Origin: Chiloscyllium plagiosum
Lineage: Eukaryota
Assembly (NCBI RefSeq): GCF_004010195.1
Contig: NC_057724.1
Span: 12,902,417-12,966,416 of the forward strand
Length of the DNA: 64,000 nucleotides
Direction: 5' to 3'
The translations under genes and the position numbers were made by a program. Below the pieces are notes generated by a model. The model was not told where the DNA came from, searched no databases, and saw only the letters and a list, made by a program, of their open reading frames with translations. Of the stretch, positions 52,070 to 62,999 are shown one piece after another. Within the stretch, counting starts at the first letter, position 1. Every line of letters begins with the position of its first letter.

Positions 52070-52946
52070 GCTATAGATTGTGCCCAGAGTTGCTGTTTGG
52101 TCATGTGCAACATGGAGGTCCTTTATAGCAAGTGGTGAGCTAAATTTGCAAGTAGCTGCCCTTATTTCCATATCCAAGATTTCTCGACATCTAGCAAGTT
52201 TGGTGCATTTGGTAAGTTAGCCGAGTATTAATGAGACAGGTTAGGCTGTTAACCAGATATGTAACAAGTAATAATCACCCCTAAGTGTCAACAAGCTGCT
52301 GCCGAGTGAGAATCTTGCATCACCAATAGTCAAAAGCATGAGAGATAGGACAAGCTGCTCCTGACATCGAGATGGGTCTTGTCAGACTAATTGTCCAACT
52401 CTAGAACACATCCCACCATAGGCTGCTTTGCTTAGACCCCTATAAGATCCTGTTCCTCATATACGTTTGGTTAAATCTTTAACTCTTCGTGAAAGCTTAG
52501 TTATTGGCAGTCCTAATGCGATCATTCCCATTCCTTTCATTGTTTTACTATAATTTGAGGCTTGGGTATTGATATGACATGATCTGGGAGAGCTGGAGAC
52601 CATACATATACGCTGAAAAGTATGTATATTTAGGCAGAGCTTATGTCTAAGATCTTCACTGGATTTATTAAATGGGCATTAGAGAGGCATACCACTCAGA
52701 TTGATTTAAGATAAAATTGAACAACTACCTTAAGGGAAACTGATTAATGGTTAAGAAAGGCAACTTGGTAGGAATGTAGATGAGGCGTCATTACTGACCT
52801 TGGGATTTTCCACTTCTTGAGCCAAGATTTCAGAAATAGTAACTGCAACGTGACTGAAATTGATCACTTCTCTTTGAAATATAATTGGCCCTGTTTATTC
52901 GTAGAAGAGACAGTTTATGTCCAACCTGTCAGATATACAAATATTG

Positions 52947-53271
52947 AGGGAAGGCAGTAGCATAGTGATAATGTCACTAGACTAGTACTCTAAGACCATG
53001 GGGAAAAGGGGTCTAATCCCACCATGACAGATGGTGAAGTTTGAATACAAAGTTTTTAGAAAAATCTAGTATTAATTAGAACCTGTCTTGTTCAGAAGTG
53101 ACCTTCAAGGCAGGGAATCTGTCATCCTTAGACCATCTGCCTTACATGTGACTCCAGACCCACACCAATGCTGTTGACTTTTAAGTGCCCTCTGAACTGG
53201 TGTAGCAAACCACTCGACGGCAATTATCAATGCACAACAAATGCTGTTCCTGGCAGTGACGCTCACATCCC
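52947..53271 (+). mobile_element. SacSINE1/DeuSINE-like SINE
   Basis: Decayed tRNA-like head (ggcagtagcatagtgataatgtcactagactag), core gtgactccagacccaca, tail cacatccc. Confidence 0.7.
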
Positions 53272-53861
53272 TAGATTGACTGACTACAAGAAAAGGTGCC
53301 CTTTAAGGAAGAACCCCATTTAATATGTGAAATTTGAAAAATGATCACAGATGTTTGCCACTATCTGTGCCATCTTTGTGCTGAATCATTCATCGTGAAA
53401 ATGAAAAACAGAAGTGTAGAATGTGACTGTTGCTTGCATTAATACCACCTTTCCTAATCTTGCTTGATTTCATTCCTAATTGATTTACTGTGAGTGAGTG
53501 ATGTGGTGACATTGCTTTAATAGGTTTTATTTTCATTTTATTTTCCGTCTCTGTGGAGAATGAGTGAATAATATGTCCTATGTACCATATGTGGATAGTT
53601 TTGGCTTCAACAGGTGACAAAATTACAACTTAAGACGACAAGTAAATTAACAATTAGCAAAAACTGCTAATTGTTGTAGGGGCTTGTGGTTTTCAGTGAT
53701 TCAGATTCCCTGCAGCTGTTTGTTTTTCATCAAGTGAGGAGTCAAACTGGAATTCCACATTGCAACTTGAAAACAGCATTTGCTTCGGTAAAGCTCAACA
53801 AATGCTGATCTAAATTAAAGCGCATGGTACAAACTGTCAGCACAAATGTAAGTTGCTCAGT

Positions 53862-54157
53862 ACTGCCCTCATGAGCTGTCCCACCTGTCAATCTTCCTTC
53901 CCACCTATCTGCTCCACCCTCCTCTCCGATCACCTTTACCCACACCTCCATCCACCTATTGCACTCACAGCTACCTTCTCCCCAGCCCCCCACCCCACTT
54001 ATCTCTCCACCGCTGGAACTGGGGTAAGTTGGGGGGAAGGGGAAATGAGGAAACTGGTGAAGTCCACATTAATGCCGTGAGGTTGAAGGGTCCCAAGGCA
54101 GAAGATGAGGCGTTCTTCCTCCGGGTCTGGTGGTGAGGGAGTGGTGGTGGTGGAAAC
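53862..54157. mobile_element. Internally inverted Penelope-like fragment
   Basis: Plus part homologous to the reverse complement of ~63160-63290; minus part encodes EEERLIFCLGTLQPHGINVDF. Confidence 0.7.
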
Positions 54158-54382
54158 CCAGTATCTGCTTGTAAATTCAACCTGTTGATAGATAACATTT
54201 TCCACTTAACTTCAAACACCCTTTTGTTTGGGAACAGATAATAAATTGCGGGCCCATATTCTAGACAGAGAATGCATTTGCTGTTTTTTCCTGAAATAGC
54301 AACCATAGGAAATATGCACACCTTGTTCTTTTAATCTAAACTGCTTCCAAAAACTTAAAGTAGGATACTTGCACTGCTTATG

Positions 54383-55490
54383 GAGTCATAGAGATGTGCA
54401 GCATGGAAACGCACCCTTTGGTCCAACTCATCCATACTGACAAGATATCCTGAATTAGGTTATCGGTTAGCTCACTGAGCCGATGGGTTTGTTTTCTGAC
54501 GTTTTGTCACCTTGCAAGTCAACATCATCAGTGAGCCTCTGGTGAAGTGTTGGTGTCCTGTCCAGCTTGCTGTTTATCTGTCTTAGTTTGTTGTGTTGGG
54601 TATGTCATTTCTGGTTCTGTTTCTGAGAGGGTGGTAAATGGGGTCCAGATTTAGCTGTTTGTTAATGGATTCCTGGTTTAAATGCCAGGCTTCTAGGAAT
54701 TCTCGCATGTGTCTATGTTTGGCCTGTCCCAGCTTGGATGCATTGTCCCAGTCAAACTGGTGTCCCTCTTCGTCTGTGTGCATCATCCTGGAACAAGCCA
54801 AACAAAGACATGTGTAGGAGATCCTAGACGGCTGGCATTCAAACCAGGAAACCATTAACAAACATAAAGATTTGGACCTCATTTATAACCTCTCAAGAAC
54901 AGAACCAGAATGATGTCACCCACCACAACAAACTAAGACACACAAATAGCAAGCGGAACTGGACACCAGAACTTCACCGGAGCCTCACTGATGGTGACGA
55001 AGCATCTGAAACAAACCTTCCAGCTCAGCGAGCAAGCTGACAACCTGAGCTACAAATCTTCTCCAAAATCTTAACTATCCCAAATCAATCTAGTCCCATT
55101 TGCCAGCATTTGGCCCATATCTCTCTTAATCCTTCCTGTTCATATACCCATCCAAATGCCTTTTAAATATTGTGATTGTACCTGCTTCCACCACTTCTTC
55201 CTCTGGTAGATCATTCCAAACATGCACCACCCATGCATGAAAAAGTTACCCCTTAGGTCCCTTTTAAATCTTTCCCCTCTCACCGTTAAACCTATGCCTT
55301 CTAGTTCTGGATTCCCCTACCCTGGGGAAAAGACCTTGACTATTCATTCAATCCATGTCCCTCATAATTTTATAAACTTCTTTAAGATCACCCCTCCGCC
55401 TGCAATGCTCCATGGAGAATAGCCTCCAGCCTTGGCAGCATCCTTGTAAATCTTTTCTGAACCCTTTCAAGTTTCACAATAACTTTCCTA
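54383..55490 (-). mobile_element. CR1 3' fragment split by a PLE insertion
   Basis: Tail 54383-54456 resumes at 55076 (tatcc...aat on both sides). Confidence 0.8.
54457..55075. mobile_element. Inverted Penelope-like element with GIY-YIG C-terminal remnants on both strands
   Basis: HTDEEGHQFDWDN...REFLEAWH...INKQLNLDPIYHPL on minus and a homologue on plus; decayed hammerheads in both termini. Confidence 0.8.
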
Positions 55491-56276
55491 CAGCAGATGT
55501 TGTATTGGCAATTCTAAAATTACTTATTTATGAACAAGTTATTGCTAACCATTACAGGAAGGGATTACTGAAGTTTATACTTGCTGGAAGAATGAAATTT
55601 TTAAGATTATCAGAAATTTACTGTTGATAAAGCAATGTAACAGGTATATTGAAAACTGAAATATTTTCAATATTACTGCTGGAAGTTGTGGTTGTGTTTT
55701 AAGTAATCTGCAATAATCTTACAACACCACAATAGCTCTTTTCCATGTGTTTGGATATTTTCTGTAGGTGCTGGACACAGCTCTGATTTTAAACATCAGG
55801 TATTCAATGATAAGTTTCTGTTTGTGTGCCGTGTATAGACCTTTTACATGGATACTGGGAATTTTAGATCTATTTTTGTTATGCGGTTACCCAAGTAAAC
55901 AATAGTTGGATTTGTAGAATTGGAAATTTAATTTTTTATCCATGCCTGTTTTTATTTTTGTAAATGCATGAAAATTTTTGTAAGCATGTTTGGTTTTAAT
56001 TCATGATTGAGCGGGTTTTGTAATGGTGATGAACATTTTAAATGCAGATATTCAGAGTTTGCCTTTTACTAGCGGAAGCCTAGGTTTGCTTGCATAGCTA
56101 ACTTCTGAAATGGAAGAAACATTGTTGGATACAAGACACTGGCGTTCTACACAATTTGAATTTTTACAAATGGTTAAATTTTTATGTGTAGTGTGTAAAT
56201 GCTTCTGTATGTGTGAATTTCTAATTAGAATATTTACATTTTGATATTTACTCTGGATGTACCTTAAAATATATAG

Positions 56277-56387
56277 ATAGAACATAGAACAGTACAGCAC
56301 AGAACAGGCCCTTCAGCCCACGATGTTGTGCCGACCACTGATCCTCATGTATGCACCCTTAAATTTCTGTGACCATATGCATGTCCA
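56277..56387 (-). mobile_element. CR1 3' tail, second subfamily
   Basis: Reverse complement of ~32240-32348. Confidence 0.85.
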
Positions 56388-57180
56388 GGAGATGGGTTTT
56401 TAAATATGACAATCATTTTAAACTTGTGTGTATAAGCTTGGTGTGAATTGTATTACTTATGTATATTTGGAGGTTTTCATATTGGAGTAGTCCAACTTCC
56501 AAGAGCAAATTTTCGCCTTTTTATTGATTGCCATTTGAATTTGTCTATTTGTTTGTTGTAATGATAAAGAAAGGTTTTTGAATTCTTATGGATTTCAATT
56601 CTTATTTATGGCTTAAGAATTTTTAATTTTATGATGTACGTGTATATATCGGATCTTTGAACACAGTATATTCATTTCTACATTCAGGTTGTTGAAAGAT
56701 GTGGCCACAATTTGAGCAAAGATTGTTTTTCTCACTGGGCGATCTTGTACTTGAACCATGAATTCCATTTGCTGTGATTTGTAGATACACTGACGTAAAT
56801 AGATTTTGTTTGCTAAGTAAACAGTTCTCTTTCACTCAAGATTGGGATAAGGAGTGCCTCGATTAACAGACAAGGAGGAATTCCGTCCCTCTAGAGGTCA
56901 CTAGACTTTGCAGTTCTCTATGCTGGAACCTGGAAGAGGCTGGATCAGTGAATATAGACTGTACAAATAGAGGTTCTTTAGTTTAGGGACCCAGGAACAG
57001 AGACTGTGGAGTATCTGTGCTCAAATCTTTGAAGATAGAAGGGCAGATTAAGAAAGTGGTTAAAAAAAATGCAGATCACCCACTTTATTAACAGAAACAT
57101 AAAAGCAAATTATGGTGAACCTCTATAAAACAGCAAGTATTGTGTGCACCACACTTCTGGAAAGATGACAGCTTAAAGGA

Positions 57181-58193
57181 GAGTCATAGTCATAGAGATG
57201 TACAGCACGGAAACAACTCATCCATGTTGATCAGATATCCTAACCTAATCTGGTCCCATTTGCCAGCACTTGGCCCATGTCCCTCTTAGTCCCTTACTAT
57301 TCATATACCCATCCAGATGCCTTTTAAATGCTGTAATTGTACCAGCCTCGACCACTTCCTCTGGTAGCTCATTCCATACACGCACCACTCTCTGTGTGGA
57401 AAAAGTTGCCCTTTTGGTCCCTATTAAATCTCCTCCCCCTCACCTTAAACCTATGCCCTCTAGTTCTGGACATGAACTAGGAAAAAGATCTTGTCTATTT
57501 ACCCTATCCATGCCCTTCATGATTTTATAAACCTCTATAAGGTCACCCCTCAGCCTCTGACACTCCCGGGAAAACAGCCCCCAGCCTGTTCAACCTCTCC
57601 CTATAGCTCAAACCCTCCAACCCTGGCAACATCCTTGTCAATCTTTTTTGAATCCTTTCAAGTTTCACAATGTCTTTCCTATAGCAGGGAGACCAGAATT
57701 GAATGCAGTATTCCAAAAGTAGCCTAACCAACGTCCTGTACAGCCACAACGTGACCTCCCAACTTTTATACTCAGTGCTCTGACCAATAAAGGCAAGGAA
57801 ACTAAACACCTTCTTCACTATCCTATCTATCTGTGACTCCACTTTCAAGGAACTATGAACCTGCACCCCAAGGTCTTTTTGTTCAGCAACACTCCCACTT
57901 ACCATTGAGTATATGAGACCTGCTTTGATTTGCCTTTCCAAAATATAGCACCTCACATTTATCTAAATTAAACTCCATCTGCCACTCCTCAGCCCATTGA
58001 CCCATCCGATCCTGATCCCATTGTACTGAGATAACTTTCTTCGCCATCCACTACACCTGCAATTTTGATATTGTCTGCAAACTTAATAACTATACCTCCT
58101 ATGTTCACAACCAAATTGTTTATATAACTGATGAAAAGCAGTGGACCCAGCACTGATCCTTGTGGCACACCACTGGTCACAGGGCCTCCAGAC
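57181..58193 (-). mobile_element. CR1 LINE 3' ~1 kb, inserted in older plus-strand CR1 debris
   Basis: TSGVPQGSVLGPLLF...KFADNIKI; LEYCIQFWSP. Confidence 0.9.
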
Positions 58194-58547
58194 TGGGCCC
58201 TGCAAAAGAGAATGATAAGGATCCTTTCAGCATCGAGGAACTGTTTTTGTAGATAGATTGATGAAGTTGGGCTTGCTTTCCAGGAAATTTTATGTATTCA
58301 AAATCAAGGAGGGTCTAGTTACAGTAGAGAATATTTTCATTGGTGGAGGAGAATCAAAAGACGCTAACTTATTGTGTGGGGAAAAGTGATATGAGGAAGA
58401 ACACAGTTAGTGGTTAGGATCAGTATGCAATGATTGAGAGTGTGGCCAAGGCAGGGTAAATCAGGAATTTCAAAGACAAATTGGAATAGGGAGCTAAAGA
58501 GACAAAATGTACAGGTCTATAAGGAGGGGGTTAAAACAGTAGAAATA

Positions 58548-58645
58548 GCTGAAGGAGCAGCGCTCTGAAAGCGAGTGCTTCCAAATAAACCTGTTGGACT
58601 CTAACCTGGTGTTGTGATTTTTCACTTTGTTACACCCCATCCAAG
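58548..58645 (+). mobile_element. PLE terminal repeat fragment, family D
   Basis: tgaaggagcagcgctctgaaagc.agtgcttccaaataaacctgttggact; inverse homologue of 28645-28730; truncated hammerhead-like stem II plus GAAA. Confidence 0.6.
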
Positions 58646-59034
58646 ACCAGCTCCTCCACGTTAGACATAGCTTAGTTGCTCGTGGAGAGAGCCGGAATGA
58701 ACATGTTGGCCATTTGGTCTCTTTCAAAACTGCAGCCATTCTATGGTTAGATGTACTTAAAAGTTACAACATAGAAACTGGTCTTTGGTAGCTGTTGATA
58801 ATTCTGTTGTGTACAAGATTCCTCCCACATTGTTTCACCTAAGCCCCTGCCTGAATGTCCTTTTGAAGGGTATCACCATGGTTTCAGTAAGCTGGAAGGC
58901 TGATTGTGTGAAACGTAATGTGCTACTTTCGCCTCCTCAGGTTCAGGAGGTTCTGACACCAACTTAAAATAAGTTTGAAAGAAAATTGGGACTTAGATTA
59001 CTTTAGAGCCTGAAAATGTGAGATCTACTCAACG

Positions 59035-59041
59035 TATAAAA
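59035..59041 (+). promoter_or_regulatory. Candidate TATA box upstream of the syntaxin ORF
   Basis: TATAAAA ~270 bp upstream of the ATG; motif only. Confidence 0.2.
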
Positions 59042-59308
59042 GTCTTTCTCAGGGAATAGGGTGGATGGTAGTCCAGGTTTGATTTCAATTCAGTAAATCC
59101 ATACCATTTTTGGTGTATGATTCAGCCCATTATGTACATATCAAGGCATCATGTGATAAAGGGAGAACAAAGGGCTGCTTAAAATTGGGTGTTGGCTCTA
59201 ACACACAAGTATTTGGCACTGGATGTGGAAACAAATCAGCTACAGAAACCAGACGATCCACTTTAGGAAGTTCACTCCTTGGCCAGAAAGTCCAGAAGTC
59301 AGTGAGAA

Positions 59309-60190
59309 ATGAAGGACAGGTTGGATGAGCTAATGAGAGCTGCAGAGGCGGAGAGTGCGAACAAAGTGCTTGGTGGAATTGATAACCCACTGTTTGAAGA
59401 AACAAGGGTCAGCAAATTTGACCCATTTTTTAATGATGTTTCAGCCATTTCCTCAAACATTAACAAGCTGGAAAAGCTGGTTTACGGTATCCAGAGGAAA
59501 CAAGCAAAGGTGCTTTGTGGGACTGAAAGTGACAGCATATCCAAGGTAAAGCAAAGCCTGAAAGATGCAAAGTGTGAGTTTACTCGTGAGGCCAAGAACG
59601 TGCAGTCACAGCTGGATGCGATGAAATTCGAGCTTTCTCAGAAAGTGAACAATGCCCAGCTGTCGGTGGAGTACAGAATCCGGCAGTGCCAGTTTAACAC
59701 GCTGGCAGCCCGTTATCGGGACATCCTGTCTTCTCACTACACGAAAGAAATAGAGTACGTCAGTAAGTTGAAACAGCAAATCATTCGACAGACTCAGCTG
59801 GCGGGCTTGCAGCTCCAGGATGAGGATATTGACCATTTGGTGGAGAAACCTGCAGCCCCACAAATTGTGGGCCGGGACCTGGAGGTCCTCAAAGCCAAGC
59901 AGCATCTGGCTCTTGCCCACCAGCGCCAGAAACAACTGCTGCTGCTCGAATCTCAGATCGCTGAACTTCATGAGCTCTTCCTTCACTTTGAGGTACTGGT
60001 AGCCGAGCAGCAAGAGATTGTGAACAGCATTGAGTACAATGTAATGCGCACCGTCGATTATGCCACACATTCAGCAGATCATGTCAAAACTGCAGTAAAA
60101 TATCAAAAGAAATCTCGAGTGACTGCAGCTGCAGCAGTGGTATTGAGCCTGTGTGCCTGTGCACCATGCATTGCAAAGTTGTCATCTTAA
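59309..60190 (+). CDS. Intronless plasma-membrane-type syntaxin (Qa-SNARE; STX1-4/11/19-related, orthology unresolved), 293 aa
   Basis: N-peptide MKDRLDEL; Habc-like region with RIRQCQFNTL (cf. RIRKTQHSTL) and IIRQTQLAG (cf. IQRQLEITG); SNARE motif LESQIAELHELF...LVAEQQEIVNSIEYNV...AVKYQKKSR. In-frame TGA at 59303 fixes the start; no disruptions. Confidence 0.92.
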   Translation: MKDRLDELMRAAEAESANKVLGGIDNPLFEETRVSKFDPFFNDVSAISSNINKLEKLVYGIQRKQAKVLCGTESDSISKVKQSLKDAKCEFTREAKNVQSQLDAMKFELSQKVNNAQLSVEYRIRQCQFNTLAARYRDILSSHYTKEIEYVSKLKQQIIRQTQLAGLQLQDEDIDHLVEKPAAPQIVGRDLEVLKAKQHLALAHQRQKQLLLLESQIAELHELFLHFEVLVAEQQEIVNSIEYNVMRTVDYATHSADHVKTAVKYQKKSRVTAAAAVVLSLCACAPCIAKLSS

Positions 60191-60854
60191 ATACAATTGC
60201 ACAGGTCATGGTTTCTCAGGCTGTTGTTTTGGACCCTAATAGTACTCTGGATTACCTATAGCCACTCTAACCTGCAACAGCCCCCACTGTTCATGTGGAT
60301 CACTGTATGTCTATCCTCGGATCTATGTATGTTACTGACTTGATGGCACGTTATTTCTGTGTCTGTGTAAACTGAAGACATAGCAGTGGCTTATACAATA
60401 GAGTCTGGTAATGTTCATGTTTTCAGCAGTAGCCCTGCATGTCAGTATTCATTTTGGGTCCCAGAGGATACTGGCTGGGGATTTGACTCACTGTGGACTT
60501 TGTGGTCTGTGCTTGTATTAATCTGGGAATTGTTTCCAGTTGGACAAATGTGAAAAACACCAAACAATTCAGCGATACCTGTACTGTCATTTTTAAACCA
60601 TGCCTAAGGGGTCATTTTTATATTGCTGATGGTTTCTCAGAGTTAAAATAGAGTTTCTTATCTATTTTGAAGGTGATTTTCATCCACTTCGGAGTTTGCT
60701 GGCAACATTTCTAAAATAATAACAGCCACCTTTTTCACTTCACCTTCTCATATCTGTCCTAAACATTTGCCAGTCCTCTTCACTGGTAGATCACTTGCTT
60801 GCTGCTGCGCACTGCTACACAGCTTTTAGAAGCTCTGCAAAATTGCATCTCCTT

Positions 60855-61200
60855 TCAATCTCCAGATGTGGGCATCACTGACGAGGCCAGTGTTTACGGT
60901 TCATTCCTCATTGCCCATAAGAGGGGGATGGAGCTTTGTTTTCTAAAAACAAGTGCAGTCTTGCAATGCTATTCATTTGGGTTGTTACAAAATTTTAACT
61001 CGGTAACAATTGAGGAACGGCAGTGTGTCCAAGACAAGATTGTCTTGTCTTGGAATGGTACTTACAGATGATGATATTGTGATATATCTGCTCCCTTTCT
61101 TTTTGGTAGGTGATAGAGGAATAGAATATGTGAGCAAAGCGAGGTAAAAAGACAGTAGAACTGAAGCTTTGTAATTTGCCACGCGTACCCAGTGCGATAC
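60855..61200 (-). mobile_element. Decayed LINE 3' tail, same family as 43465-44266
   Basis: gatgtgggcatcactgacgaggccagtgttta... Confidence 0.55.
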
Positions 61201-61505
61201 CTATCCATTACAGCAAACTTTGTTTTTAACTCTCATTAAACTGCCAAAAATTATATACCTCAAATACCGCAAAGTTTATTGTACTATTCTGTCCATTTCT
61301 TTTAATTTTCAAAATTTATTTGCCTCCATGTAATTGTACTTGTTCAGTCCAATGACTACATGAAATATCAACAATTGATTCAATTTCAGTTTCTCCTCAA
61401 ATGCCACTAGTAGTCAGTTGAAGGTGTGAGTGAAAAGGCTGTTTGCCAGTAAGTTTTAGTTAAGGCAAATTTGCATTATTATTTAAAAAAGTGATTTATG
61501 CTGCA

Positions 61506-61726
61506 AATAAATTTATGCTGCCGGCATTATGTTTCTATTACTCAGTGTATGTTTTTAACATTGATTATGTGGACTTCTTGATTATCTGGAATATTTGATC
61601 AACCAGCATACCCCTGGTTCCATAAGTGGGGTAAATCAAATGTTTGCTGCACGCATAAAAGATTTTACGTGTGTACACATCTTTTCTATGTAAAAATTTA
61701 TTTGTGTAATTTGTGATGGAAATAAA
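61506..61726 (+). terminator. Candidate polyadenylation signals for the syntaxin gene
   Basis: AATAAA at 61506 and 61721; the second is followed by GT/T-rich sequence (ttttctgttgttatt-like). Confidence 0.4.
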
Positions 61727-62999
61727 TGTAAGCTTTCTGTTGTTATTGAAATAGAGTTATGCTCTTACCAGGAGAGGTATTTTTATGTTGTGACCAGTTG
61801 ATATAGAAAATGTCCACTTTGAAAGGAATTTATAATCAAAATGTCAAGGTAGAATTGCTTGACAAAATAAAGAGGCAGGGGGGATGGGAGGTGCTGGCTG
61901 TTCCACATCTTTAGCTGCCCAGCACCCATTAATCTTGCTTCATTGTGCACTACTCTTGAGTTTTCATGTACTAATACCAAAGAGAATTTTAAACAATACT
62001 TTTCCCTTTTGCAATTTTTCAGAGTTGTCGGGAGCTGCTAGTACTAGTAAAAATGAAATTCGAGCTGCTTTAAGTCACGTTGCAGTCAGAAACAGAAGTG
62101 ATTAGTATAGCAGATATTTTCTGGTTCAAATAACTTTGCATCCAATCTGAATGTGAATTAGGTCTCGCAGGCAATCTGTTAATTCACTAAGAAGAGTTCC
62201 TAAAAAGCCACTTTTCTTCTACTGTGTGTGTGATGACATGAAACACATGATGACAATCCATTAAATATGGCTTTATTGCAAAAATATACTTTACTCCAAT
62301 CCCCTAAGTACTAAAAATGGGATTCAGGTTATTTGGTTATTATTAATCAAAGACTGTTAGAATAAGAATGGAAGAATGTGATCCCAAAATCGGAGGAAAT
62401 CTCTTGTAATAGAAATAATATTCAACTGTTTTGTCACTGTGACCTTGTGTATAAGTCTGTAATCTAACAATGTGTGAACTGTGTAATTAATAATATAAAA
62501 GCTAAAGATACCTTTGTCTACATGTCACTAACTGATAATTTGTGTGTTAAATTTTGCAGATATATTTGAAGTATTGAGTGCCTAATGGATGAAATGATCT
62601 TAAAGATAATGTATTGGAAGAAAAATACCTTGGGCTCACTTGAAAGGCATTTGGATATTGCAGTGAAGAGGAATATAGTTTTGTATGGAGGTATAATCGA
62701 GATGGTACAAGTGTCATCTGTACTGTGATCACAGTCGCTCCTCTGTCATGGTATCAGATGCAATAGAACTGATACTTGTGTTAGTAAAAAGTGGACACTG
62801 GCATTTGGGACACTACCTCTTATTAATGACTCTGAGTTGATTTGAAACAACCCCGCCCAATTTAAGCATAAAGGTTGCAGCACACTTTCAGAATTAGACA
62901 ATTGTGCTGTGCTCTTTTTTTTTCTGAATTCCCATTAATTTCAAAACCTATCTGACTTATAAAACTATCCCTCTTCATCAATCTTGACCTTTCTGCAGT

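Noticed and set aside
59606-60070. 154-aa antisense ORF over the syntaxin
   Set aside because: Expected shadow ORF from codon bias, with no recognisable motif.
59309-60190. Assigning the symbol STX11, STX19 or STX3
   Set aside because: It lacks the dense Cys-cluster tail of STX11/19 and the strong TM helix and introns of STX3; orthology needs phylogeny.
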